Assembly: GCA_963708025.1 (NCBI GenBank)
Contig: CAVPSB010000015.1
Location: forward strand, 160,001-224,000
DNA length: 64,000 nt
Reading direction: 5' to 3'
From: an uncultured Candidatus Rokubacteria bacterium
GTDB taxonomy: Bacteria > Methylomirabilota > Methylomirabilia > Rokubacteriales > DASRDR01
The notes beneath the pieces were generated by a model, which saw only the letters and a program-made list of their open reading frames with translations, was not told where the DNA came from and did no database searches. Below, piece after piece: positions 33,159 through 44,355 of the stretch. Made by a program: the position numbers and the translations under genes. Numbering within the stretch: position 1 is the stretch's first letter; every line of letters starts with the position of its first letter.

Positions 33159-36100
33159 ATGCTCAGCGCAGCGACTCGAGGTGGTCTGGGCCGCGCCGCC
33201 CTCGGCTGGGGGCTCTCGGCTGTACTCGTGGCATTCGTCATCGTCGCCTGTGCCCGGGCGCCGCGAGCGCCGTGCCGGTCGCCGAGATGGCGACCAAGGC
33301 CGGCGACCTGAAGAAGCAGACGGAGCAGGACGTGGCCAAGAAGAGCGCCGGCTGCCTGACCTGCCACACCCAGACCGACTCGCAGACCATGCACGAGTCG
33401 CGACGGTGAGCTCGGCTGCATCGACTGCCACGGCGGCGACGCCGGACCGACGGCGCCGGCCGGCACGAAGGCCGGGGACGCCACCTACGAGGCGCAGAAG
33501 AAGGCGGCGCACGTGCTGCCGCACGACACCCATCTCTTCGCGCACCTCGGCGAACCCCGAGCGCTCGGCCACCGCCTGGCTGAAGGAGCGCGGAGTTCGT
33601 CCGGTTCGTGAACCCCGGCGATCTGCGGGTGGCCCGGGTGACGTGCGGCCTCACCGGCTGCCACCCCACCGAGGTGGCGGCGGTCGAGAAGAGCATGATG
33701 ACCCACGGCGGCCATGCTGTGGGGCGCCGCGCTCTACAACAACGGCGCGTTCCCGATCAAGCATGCCGCGGTTCGGCGAGAGCTACGGACCCGACGGCAC
33801 GCCCCAGCGCGCTGCAGACCGTCCCGCCGCCGACCCCCGAGGAGATCGTCAAGAAGGGCGTGCTGCCCTTTCTCGACCCGCTGCCGCGCTTCGAGGTCGG
33901 CCAGCCGGGCAACATCCTGCGCGTCTTCGAGCGCGGCCAGCGCAAGCCCCTCGAGATCGGCCTCCCGATCGTCGACGAGGACCCGGCCGGCCGGCCAACC
34001 GGCTGAGCCACCGCGGGCTCGGCACCCTCAACCGCACCGACCCGGTCTTCCTCAGCCTGCAGAAGACGCGCCTGCTCGACCCGATCCTCTCGCTTCCTCG
34101 GCACCAACGACCACCCCGGCGACTACCGCTCGAGCGGCTGCACGCGCCTGCCACGTGGTCTACGCCAACGACCGCGATCGCCGGTCCACTCCGGCCCGTA
34201 CGCCGCAGTTCGGCAACCTGGGCCGGACGCCAGCGACCGATCCGACCATCCCGCAAGGACGAGTCCGGGCACCCGATCAAGCACACGTTCACGAACGCGA
34301 TCCCCACCAGCCAGTGCATCGTCTGCCACATCCACCCGGGCACCAACGTGTGACACGACGCTACCTCGGCTACACCTGGTGGGACAACGAGACCGACGGC
34401 GAGCGTGATGTACCCGGCCAAGGAGCGCAGCAGCTCACGCGCCGAGCAGGTCGCACGAGATCCGAGCGGCCAACCCCGAGGGCGCCGCCGCTGCGCGGGC
34501 TGTGGTCGGACGTCGACTTCCTCGCACAACGTGACGCGACCTCAACCCGCAAGCTCACGCGCACCCAGTTCGCCGACTTCCACGGCCACGGCTGGATCTT
34601 CCGCGCCGTCTACAAGCAGGACCGCAAGGGCAACCTGCTCGACGCCAAGGACGACAGGTCGTCGCCCCCGACGATCCCGACCAGCTTCAAGAAGGCCGTG
34701 CACCTGAAGGACATCCACCTCGAGAAGGGGATGCACTGCGTCGACTGCCACTTCGAGCAGGACGTGCACGGCAACGGCAAGCTCTACGGCGAGACGCGCA
34801 ACGCGATCGAGATCGACTGCGTGGACTGCCACGGCACGATCGACGAGCAGGGCCACGCTGCGACGTCGGGCCCGGCGGCGCCCGCCGGGCGGCACCGACC
34901 TCTCGACCGCTGCACGACGCCGTTCGGCCAGCGCCGCTTCTACTGGCGGGGCGACACGCTGATCCAGCGCTCGATGGTCGACCAAGGAGCTCGCAGTGGG
35001 AGGTCGTGCAGGTGCTCGACACCATCGACCCGCCTCGACTGGGCCCGGCCAACCCGAAGTACAGCGAGCGGTCGCGGCTGGCCAAGACGATGCGCAAGGA
35101 CGGCACGACCTGGGGCGCCGTGCCGGCCGAGAGGGCAAGGACCTGGCGCACGCCGACGCCAAGATGACCTGCTACACCTGCCACACGTCGTGGATGACGA
35201 GCTGCTTCGGCTGCCACCTGCCGATGCAGGCCAACGAGCGCGAAGCCGCTCCTGCACAACGAGGGCGACGAGCCGCGCAACTGGACGCCGTACAACTCCC
35301 AGGTGCTGCGCGACGACGTCTTCATGCTGGCGATCGACGGCACGGTCACCGGGCAACCGGATCGCGCCGGTCCGCTCCTCGAGCGCCGTCCTCGTCGGCT
35401 CGCAGAACGCCAACCGCGAGTGGGTCTACTCGCAGCAGCAGACCGGTCTCGGCCGAGGGCTTCAGCGGCCAGGCCTTCAACACGTCACGTTCCCCACACG
35501 GTGCGCGGCCGACCGAGACGCAAGCAGTGCACCGACTGCCACGTCTCGGCAGGCGAACGACAACAACGCCTGGATGGCGCAGCTCCTGCATGCAGGGCAC
35601 GAACTTCGTCAACTTCATCGGCCGCTACGTCTACGTGGCCGAGGGCAAGGCGCGGGCTCGAGGCGGTCGTCGTCACCGAGCGGGACGAGCCGCAGGCGGT
35701 GATCGGCAGCCACCTGCACGAGCTGGCCTACCCGACGAACTACCAGCAGCACGCGGCGCGCGGCAGCCGTCCTGCAGGAGGCCTACCACCACCGGGGCCG
35801 CGACGTCTCGACTGTTCGGCCGGCGACGAGGTGCTGTCCATCCAGCTCCGCGGCGAGTACCTCTACACCGCCAACGGGCCGGGCGGCTTCCGCGTCTACG
35901 ACGTCGCCAACATCGACAACAAGGGCTTCTCCGAGCGCATCGTGACCGCGCCGGTCTCGCCGCTCGGCCAGCGGCTCTACGTGAAGACCAAGTACGCGAC
36001 CGCGGTCGCGTCGCCCACCACGCTGGCGCGTCGACCCGACGCGGGCGCAGCGGCCGGAGAACGCAGGAGCAGCCGATCCACCCGCTCTACGCGCTACCTC

Positions 36101-37075
36101 TACGTCACCGACCGGGAGGAAGGGCTCGTGTCATCGGCATCCGCCGTCGAACCGCCGGCGCACGCTGCTCGACGGCGATCCGAACAACAACTTCCTCGAA
36201 GCGCGCCGTCGCCTTCAACCCCGACGGCGTGCTCGACGGCGCCGTCAACCTCACCATCGCCGGCACGCTACGCCTACGTCCTGCGCCAAGCGCGGCCTCG
36301 TCGTCGTCGACCTCGACGACCCGCTCCAGCCGACGGTCGTGGCCGAGGTCGGCGCGCCGGCGATCGTCGAGCCCGCGCGCCGTCGCCGTGCAGTTCCGCT
36401 ACGCCTTCGTCACCGACGGCGAGGGGCTGAAGGTCATCGACGTCACCGAGCCGACCGCGCCCCGGCCGGTGCCCGGCGCGACGGTGCCGCTCGCGGACGC
36501 GCACGGGATCTACGTCGCCCGCACCTACGCCTACGTCGCCGCCGGCGCCAAGGGCTGGTCGATCGTCGACGTCGAGCGAGCCGGAGCGCGCCGACGCTCG
36601 ACCAGATGTACAACGCCGACGGCGCGCATCAACGACGCGCGCGACGTGAAGGTCGGCATGACCAACGCCAGCGCTCTTCGCCTACGTCGCCGACGGCAAG
36701 AACGGCCTGCGCGTCGTCCAGCTCATCTCGCCGCGACGACAACGCCGAACTACACTCGGCTTCAGCCCGCGGCCGACGCCGCGGCTCATCGCCACCTACG
36801 AGACGCACGGGCCGGCGCTGGCGCTCTCCAAGGGCCTCGACCGCGACCGCGCCGTCGACGAGAGCGGCAACCAGATCGCCGTCTTCGGCCGGCGCGGCGC
36901 CCGCCCGTTCAACCGGGCCGAGATGGAGCGCCTGTACCTCCGCGACGGCAAGCTCTGGACGGTGAAGGACACGCCGCCCGGCGCGCCGCGAGAGATGAAG
37001 GGCGCGGAGCCGAAGAAGGAAGAGGAGCCCGCCCCGCAGGAGCGCCGGCCCCGCCGCGGCGCCCCCGGCGGCTAG
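33159..37075 (+). CDS. large multiheme cytochrome c (10 heme motifs) with C-terminal LVIVD-repeat beta-propeller; many frameshifts
   Basis: Heme motifs at 33353, 33417, 33644 (CX4CH), 34139, 34315, 34737, 34818, 35170, 35203, 35528; repeats such as [52 protein letters not shown]. Confidence 0.85.
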
Positions 37076-37138
37076 ATCCATCCGGGGGGTCTCGGAAGAC
37101 CCCCCGGATTCCCCCCCTCGGTTGCGCGGGCGAAGCCC

Positions 37139-37294
37139 GTGCTCGGAGCGGCCTGGACAGGCCGCGCGGCGGGACGCATCCTGCTGAGCGACGTCATCGT
37201 GTTCAAGAAGGAAGTCGTGATCATGTTGGTGGCCGTCCTCACCCCGATCACGCTCCTGGTGTTGATCGTCGTGATACGCATGCTTCTGCGATAG
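37139..37294 (+). CDS. small single-TM protein (start GTG 37139 or 37199), not in ORF track
   Basis: VFKKEVVIMLVAVLTPITLLVLIVVIRMLLR*; GC3-rich codons. Confidence 0.45.
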   Translation: MLGAAWTGRAAGRILLSDVIVFKKEVVIMLVAVLTPITLLVLIVVIRMLLR

Positions 37295-37400
37295 GGCGAC
37301 GCTGCCGCCCGAGCCGCTCGGCGTCTCCCAACCGCCTGTTGCGACCTCGCAGCCGGGTGTTCCACTTTCGAGCGGCGGCTCCGCCGCCGCAATCCGTTCC

Positions 37401-37442
37401 TGGGGGAGGTCTCGGAGGGGGGCCGTCGAGGCCCCCTCCGAT
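37401..37442. repeat. REP-like hairpin after the gspD stop
   Basis: TCGGAGGGGG-GCCGTCGAGG-CCCCCTCCGA; related GGAGGGGG..CCCCCTCC hairpin at about 50668-50695. Confidence 0.55.
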
Positions 37443-37446
37443 GGTT

Positions 37447-39631
37447 TCAGCGCGAGGAGATGTCGGTGGCCGGGAGGCCTTCGCTGCGGGGCGGGCGGGG
37501 GGCCGGGACGACCGGGGCCGGCAGGTTCGGGTCCTCGATCTGCTTCTTGAGCTGGGGAGCCCGGCGCTTGAATTCCTCGTAGACGGACTGGGCCTCGGCC
37601 GGGTCCAGCACGATCCGCGGGGTGACGAGGATCATCAGCTCCGTCTTGATCGTCCCCTCTGTCGTGGCGCCGAAGAGATAGCCGAGGATCGGGATCCGGG
37701 ACAGGAACGGGATCCCCTGCCGGACCAGCGCCTTCCGCTCCTCGATGAGCCCGCCCAGGACCAGCGACTCGTTCTCGCCCACCACGACCGACGTCTCGGC
37801 CACCCGCTTGATGAACACCGGCGACTGGGTGGCGGTGACGTCGTTCGGGCGGACGTCGGAGACCTCCTGGCGGACGTCCAGCGCCACGAAGCGGTTCTCG
37901 CTGACCCGGGGCAACACGGTCAGGAGGATGCCGGTGTCCCGGTACTCGACGGTCGTCGTGATCACCGAGGAGGGCTGGACCGCGCCGACCACGCCGGTCG
38001 TCGGCTGCTGCTGGCTCGTGAGGATGGGAACGGAGCGGCCCACGTGGATCTGGGCGCGCTTGTTCTCCACGGCGAGCACGCGCGGGCTGGAGAGCACGTT
38101 GACGCGGTTCTCGGCGGCGAACGCCTGGAGCATCCCCAGGAAGTCCTTGCTCTGGAGCACGAAGAAGAACGTCGGGGGGAGCGGCACGATCCCCGGCACC
38201 CCGGTGTCGAGGCCGCTGCTGAGCGTGACATTCTCCCCCCCGATCTTGATGCCGCCCGAGCGGAGCGCCCACTCGATGCCGAGCGAGGTCGAGTCGTCGA
38301 GCGTGAACTCCGCCACCAGGATCTCGATGAGGACGCGCCGCGGCATCCGGTCGAGCCGCTGCAGGATCGGCTGGAGGACCGCCCAGCTCGGCGGCGTGGT
38401 GGTGATCAGGAGGGTATTGGTGGCCTCGTCCGCGATCACGCGGACGTCCTCGGCCGCCAGGTCGTCGCCCTCCGGGACCACGCCCGGCGGCGGCAGTCCT
38501 CCGGGCGGCGGCCCCCCTGGCGCGGGCTCGAACGGCATGCCCGGGGGCAGGGGGCCGGGGCGCGGGGCCGGGAGCTCGGGCCCCTCCCCGCCGGCGGAAG
38601 AGCCCGGTCAGGGTGGTGGCCAGCTCCTTGGCCCTCAGGTGCTCGACGCGGTAGATGAAGACACCGCGCGAGGGGGGCGACTGGGTGTCGAGCCGGGTCA
38701 CCAGGGCCTGGATGCGCTCCAGCACGGCCGGCGGACCCACGGCCAGGATGGTGTTGGTTCGGCCGTCGGCGAGTATCACGGCCCGACCGCCGGTCGGCTC
38801 CTGGAGGGCCGGCCCCGGCGGCGCTCCCTCCAGCCCCTCGGGGGCTCGCGGTACCGGGGGCGGGAGCGCTCGGCCGGGAGCGGCCGGCCCGCCCGCGACG
38901 AGCTGGGTGATGAGCGGGGCCAGGGTGGTGGCGTCCGCGAAGCGGAGCGGGAAGATCTGAAGCTGCTCCTGGGCGGTCGGCACGTCCAGCATGCGGATCA
39001 CCGACAGGTACCGGCGGAGCTTCTCGACGGAGTCGGTGATCACCAGGATGTTGGTGTCACGGTGCACGGACACCGCCGCCTCCCGGCTGATCAGCGGCAG
39101 CAGCACCCGGACCAGCTCGCCCGCCGATCCGTAGCGGAGCGGGATCAGCTGGGTGACGATCTCCTCGGGCCGCCGGCTCGGATCCGGCTCGGACCCCACC
39201 ACGACGGGGAGCCCCTGGGCCTGGGCGGCGGCGATCCGGATGATCTTGTAGAGGTCGCCGGCGCGGACCGCGGTCAGGCCGTGGGTTTCCAGGACCGTCA
39301 GGAGCATGTCGAACAGCGCGCGGCGCGGCACCCGGCCCTGGACGGTCACCTTGCGGCGGACCTCGGGGGCCAGAACGTAGTTGAACTCGATGGCCTGGGC
39401 GACGGCGTCGAGGACGACGTCCAGGTCGGCGTCCTGGAAGTTCAGGGTCACCAACTCGTCCTCGGTGGCGAGGCGGGCCGGCGCCGGCGCCTGGGGGAAC
39501 ACCGGGGTCAGGACGGCGCCCGGCAGGGCGAGGACGGTGAGGACGGCGAGGGACCAGCGAGCCAGGCGCGCGCGCCTCGCCGGCAGCCCCTCCCGCCGAC
39601 GGCGCCGGGGGGTCGTGCACCACACACTCAT
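37447..39631 (-). CDS. gspD: type II secretion secretin (frameshift(s) about 38540-38600)
   Basis: VTLNFQDADL N0 domain, N-domain repeats (DGRTNTIL, DEATNTLL), VLIEILVAE, VLSSPRV, GRSVPI, YRDTGILL.V.P, GIPFLSRIPILGYLF, TELMILVTPRI. Confidence 0.92.
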
Positions 39632-39685
39632 CGGGGAGTCGTTCCGGACCGCGGGCCGTCACCCGGCCCGCCATCCGACCGGGGC

Positions 39686-39715
39686 ACTCTACACTCGCCT
39701 CTCGCGGGCCGTCAA
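39686..39715 (-). promoter_or_regulatory. candidate sigma70 promoter for gspD
   Basis: TTGACG (39715-39710), 18 nt, TAGAGT (39691-39686). Confidence 0.55.
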
Positions 39716-39720
39716 GCCAC

Positions 39721-41234
39721 CGCATCGGATCAAAACTTCGGTTACCGAACGGAGGGGGCTCCATCAGAAGTTACGGTTACCAACTCCAGCCAGGAGGTGA
39801 CCGTGACGCGAGCCGGATTGCGGGAGTACGCCGCCGCGCAGCGGGAGCGCTATCTCGGCGCCCGGCGGGCCGACAAGCATCGGCTGCTGACCGAGGTGGT
39901 GACCGTCACCGGCCTGCACCGCAAGGCGGCCATCCGCCTGCTGCGGCGCCCCCCGCGCCCGCCCGGCGGCCGCCCCCGCTCGGGCCGCCCCCGCGTCTAC
40001 GGCCCCGCCGTGGCCGCCGCCGCGCAGCTCCTCTCCGAGGCCACCGGCCACATCGGCCCCCACCGCTGGCACCCCTTCCTCCCCGAGCTGCTCGATCGCC
40101 TGACCCGGAGCGGCGACCTGGTCGTCCCCCCGGAGGTCGACAAGCGCCTCCGCCAGGTCAGCCCCGCCACGCTGGCCCGCCTGCTGGCCCCGTTCCGGGC
40201 CACGCTCCCCGGGCGGGGGGCCACCACCACCCGCCCCGGGGCCTGGCTCAAGCATGAGATCCCCGTCCGCACCTTCGCCGAGTGGAGCGACGCCCAGCCC
40301 GGCTTCCTCGAACTCGACTTGGTCGCCCACTGTGGCCCGACCACGCGCGGCTTCTATCTCTGCACCCTCTGCGCCGTCGATGTCGCGACCAGCTGGGTCG
40401 AGCTCCAAGCCGTCTGGGGCAAGGGCCAGCTGCGGGTCGGCACCGCCATCCACCACGTCCGCCAGCGCCTGCCCATGCCCTTGCGCGGCCTGGACAGCGA
40501 CAACGGCTCCGAGTTCATCAATCACGACCTGTATGCCTGGTGCCAGCGCGAGGGCATCACCTTCACCCGCAGTCGTCCCTACCAGAAAAACGACAGCGCC
40601 CACGTCGAGCAGAAGAACGGCGCCATCGTCCGCCCCCTCATCGGCTATGATCGGTACGCCTCCCGCGCCGCCTATGCCCAGCTCGCCCGCGTCTACGAGC
40701 TCGCCCGGCTGCACATCAACTTCTTCCAGCCGGTCCAGAAGCTCGTGACCAAAGCGCGCCGCGGCCCGCGCGTGCATCGCGTGTACGACCGCGCCCAGAC
40801 CCCGTATCAGCGCCTGTGTGCCACGGGCGTCCTCCCGCCCCCGCGCCGGCAAGAGCTCGAGGCCGTGTATCAGCGGCTCAACCCCCTGCACCTCCGCCGG
40901 CAGCTCGAGGCCGCCCTGGATCGCCTCTGGCCCTTGGCCGTCCCGGCCCCGCCCGCGCCGGCCGCACCCCGGGAAAACGCCCCGGAAAGGGAATAGCCGG
41001 ATATGGCCTCGCGCCCAACTCGCGCTCCTACGGGCGCCCAGCGGCCCGCGCGCCTGACCCCGGGCCTGGCCAGCGGCCCCAGGCGCTCCCGGGGCGCGCC
41101 GCCCGCCCGGTCCGCCGGCACTCCCACGGCCTCACGCGCCGCCCTGGGCGGCGCCGCCACCCTGCGGCCCCGGGTAACCCTGACTTCTGATCTGACGGAT
41201 CACGGAGGGTAACCCTGACTTATGAGTGACCGCG
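39721..41234 (+). mobile_element. insertion sequence, 1514 bp, ISNCY-type (size and 5-bp TSD fit the ISLbi1-like group)
   Basis: GCCAC duplicated at 39716-39720 and 41235-41239; imperfect ends CGCATCGGATCA / rc CGCGGTCACTCA; two subterminal ...TCA.AAG..A.GGTTACC-type motifs at each end. Confidence 0.85.
39803..40996 (+). CDS. DDE transposase (integrase core)
   Basis: AGGAGG RBS; GLHRKAAIRLL; ELDLVAHCG; DSDNGSEFIN; SRPYQKNDSAHVEQKN; intact frame. Confidence 0.92.
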   Translation: MTRAGLREYAAAQRERYLGARRADKHRLLTEVVTVTGLHRKAAIRLLRRPPRPPGGRPRSGRPRVYGPAVAAAAQLLSEATGHIGPHRWHPFLPELLDRLTRSGDLVVPPEVDKRLRQVSPATLARLLAPFRATLPGRGATTTRPGAWLKHEIPVRTFAEWSDAQPGFLELDLVAHCGPTTRGFYLCTLCAVDVATSWVELQAVWGKGQLRVGTAIHHVRQRLPMPLRGLDSDNGSEFINHDLYAWCQREGITFTRSRPYQKNDSAHVEQKNGAIVRPLIGYDRYASRAAYAQLARVYELARLHINFFQPVQKLVTKARRGPRVHRVYDRAQTPYQRLCATGVLPPPRRQELEAVYQRLNPLHLRRQLEAALDRLWPLAVPAPPAPAAPRENAPERE

Positions 41235-41281
41235 GCCACCACTCGCCACCGGCTGGCCGTCGTGGGCCATGACGAAACCCC

Positions 41282-41310
41282 TTGACCGGCTCATTCGCTG
41301 TCGCTAGGAT
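41282..41310 (+). promoter_or_regulatory. sigma70 promoter for the cytochrome/NuoEF/cNMP-FeS operon
   Basis: TTGACC, 17 nt, TAGGAT; AAGGAG RBS before ATG 41362. Confidence 0.65.
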
Positions 41311-41361
41311 GCTCACACCCTTGCTTGGCACTTCACCCCTGACCGTGAAGGAGTCGCGGCG

Positions 41362-42589
41362 ATGAGCAGGAGCCTCCCGGGCATCACGTCCCTCATCCTC
41401 GTTGCGGCGATGGCCGTCGTCATCGGAGCCGCCGTGCAGAGCGCGGAGGCGCAGCTGGCGATTTCGAAGGAGTTCAAGTACACCGGCACCGGCTCGTGCG
41501 CCGCCTCGAGCTGCCACGGCGCCAAGAAGCCGGCCGCCAAGCCGGGCGATCCCGACGACACCTACACCGTCTGGGCGACCAAGGACAAGCACAACAAGGC
41601 GTATACCACGCTCACCAAGAAGGAATCGGTCGCGATCGCCCAGAAGCTCAAGATCGCCAAGGCGACGGAGTCGGACAAGTGCACCGGCTGCCACGCGCTC
41701 CACATCACCAAGGAGATGCTGGCCCCGAAGGCGAAGTACGACGTCGCCGACGGGGTGAGCTGCGACTCCTGCCACGGCCCGGCCGAGAAGTGGCTCGAGG
41801 GGCACGACAAGGGCGAGAAGAACTGGCCGCACGCGAAGTCGGTGAGCATGGGGATGTACGACACCAAGGACGTGCTGAAGCGGGCCGAGCTCTGCGTCTC
41901 GTGCCACCTGTCGATCGAAGCCGAGATGGTGGCGGCCGGTCATCCGACGATGATCTTCGAGCTCGACAGCTTCAGCGCAGAACCAGCCCCCGCACTGGAA
42001 GGACCAGAAGGACTGGTTCGGCGCCCAGGCCTGGAGCACCGGTCAGGCGGTCGCCCTCCGGGAGTCGGCCCAGCAGCTCGCGACCCGGGCCAAGGGGAAC
42101 GCGCCTGAGGCGCTGATCAAGGAGAGCTTTGACCAGACCCGCGGCCACGCCATCTCGCTGCGGTCGGTCCTGGGCCAGGTGGCCGCCGACGCCGGCAAGA
42201 AGCTCGACGCCGAGATCGCCGCGATGGGCGACGGGAAGGACAAGGCCAAGGTGGCGGCCGCCGCGACCAACGTCGCCAAGCTCGGCGGCGACCTCTCCAA
42301 GCAGCTCTCGCAGACGAAGTTCAACAAGGACATCGTCTGGGCGACTCTCAAGGCGGCGGTGAGCGATCCCGAGCGGGCGACCTCGGCCGGGCTGCGCTCG
42401 GCCGAGCAGGTGGCCATGTCGGTGGACAGCCTCTTCCGCTCGGTCAACGCCGTGGCGAAGCCTCCCGAGGGGAAGGCCATCGACGCCGCGATCGGGAAGA
42501 TGTTCGACGAGCTGCCGAGCAAGCCGGCGGACTTCGACGCCAAGAAGTTCTCGGCCAACCTGCAGGCGATCGGCAAGAACATCAAGTAG
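41362..42589 (+). CDS. periplasmic tetraheme cytochrome c (c554-like) with helical C-terminal domain (frameshift near 41985)
   Basis: Signal peptide; YTGTGSCAASSCH, CTGCH, GVSCDSCHGP, CVSCH; AAGHP...FELD. Confidence 0.88.
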
Positions 42590-42605
42590 AGCCGCCGGCG
42601 ACGCA

Positions 42606-44355
42606 ATGGCGCAGCCTGGCGAGGTCATCGTCTCCGAGCTGCGGGAGATTCAGCACCGGTACGGCTATCTCCCGGTGGAAGAGCTCCGCGCGCTCTCCGC
42701 CCGCATCGCGGTGCCCGTCTACCAGCTCCACGGCGTCGCCAGCTTCTTCCCCCACTTCCGGCTGCACCCGCCGGCCTCGGTCGAGGTGCGGGTCTGCGCC
42801 GACATGTCGTGCCACCTCAACGGGGCCCGGCAGCTCCTCGGCGCCTTCCAGACCGAGGCCAACCGGATCTCCGACATGGACGTCCAGACCGTGTCCTGCC
42901 TGGGGCGGTGCGATCGGGCGCCGGCGGCGGAGATCGGCGAGCACATCCTCGAGTCCGTCTCCATCGAAGAGGTCCCCGACCTCGTCCTGTCCGCCGCCGA
43001 CGGCAAGATGGAGCCCCGGCCCCGGGTCGGCGCCCAGCCCACGGCTCTCCGCAGCGATCCCTACAGCGGCAGCCCGCGCTACGAGGCGGTCCAGCAGTTC
43101 CTGGGTCACGGCGACGTCGAGCGAGTGCTGGGGACCCTCAAGGCCGCCGGGCTGCGCGGCATGGGCGGGGCCGGCTTCCCGACCGGCGGACAAGTGGGAG
43201 CTCGTGCGCAGCGCGCCGGGCGACGACAAGTACATCGTCTGCAACGCCGACGAGAGCGAGCCCGGCACCATCAAGGACCGCTTCATCCTGGAGTCCCTGC
43301 CCCTATCTGCTCGTGGAGGGCATGATCGCTCGCCGGCCTGGTCACCGGCGCCCGAGCAGGGCATCGTCTACATCCGCCACGAGTACGAGCCAGATGCGAG
43401 GAAGCGCTCGAGCGCGCCATCCGCGAGGCGCGGCAGCAGGGCGTGCTCGGCCCCCGGGTCATGGGCTCGGACCGCACCTTCGAGCTCGAGACTCTTCGTC
43501 AGCCCCGGCGGCTACATCTGCGGCGAGGAGTCCGCGCTGCTCGAGGCGATGGAGGGCAAGCGGGCCGAGCCGCGCAACAAGCCGCCGTTCCCGGTCACCC
43601 ACGGCCTGTACGGCAAGCCGACCGTCATCAACAACGTCGAGACCCTGGCCTTCGTGCCGCTCATCCTGCTGCAGCGGCGCCGACTGGTTCAAGGCGCAGG
43701 GCGCAGAACGGCGCGGCAGCGGCCTCAAGTTCGTCGGCATCAGCGGCGCACGTGGCGCGGCCGGGCGTCTACGAGGTCGCCGATGGGCACGCACGGCCCG
43801 CGAGGTCATCTACGACCTCGCCGGCGGCATGCCGGAACGGGCGGCGCGCTGAAGGCCTGGGCCCCGTCGGGGCCGTCGTCGGGCTTCCTGCCGGCCTCGA
43901 TGATCGACTTGCCGCTCGACTTCGGACACGCTGGCCAAGGCCGGCTCGATGCTCGGCTCGGGCGCGGTGCGTCGTGATGGCCGAAGGCACGTGCATGCTC
44001 GACATGGCGCTCAACGCCGTACGCTTCTTCCGCAACGAGTCGTGCGGCAAGTGCGTGCCGTGCCGGGTCGGCTCCGCAGAAGATGGTCGAGCTGCTCGAC
44101 CCGGGTCGACGCGGGGCCAGGCCGGACCGGGCGACATGGACACGCATCGACGACCTCGACCAGGCGCTGCGGCTCACCTCGATCTGCGGCCTGGGCCAGG
44201 TCGTGCCGAAGCCGATGCGCTCGGTCGATCCAGCACTTCCGCGAGGAGGTGGACGACGCACCTCCTCCGGCAACGCTGCCCCGCGGGCGTGTGCTCTGGA
44301 TCAGGCGGCGGGCTCCGATCGGGACTTGACGGCGACCATCATGAGGCGGCTCTGA
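42606..44355 (+). CDS. NuoE-NuoF fusion (NAD(H)/FMN diaphorase module); frameshifted
   Basis: NuoE-like CADMSCH and CLGRCD; NuoF GLRGMGGAGFPTG, NADESEPG, YICGEESALL, PTVINNVET, ESCGKCVPCR, SICGLG, CPAGVC. Confidence 0.88.

Noticed and set aside
34996-40996. Very long ORFs 34996..38658 and 37745..40996
   Set aside because: Shadow or antisense frames typical of high-GC DNA; only the transposase part of the second is real
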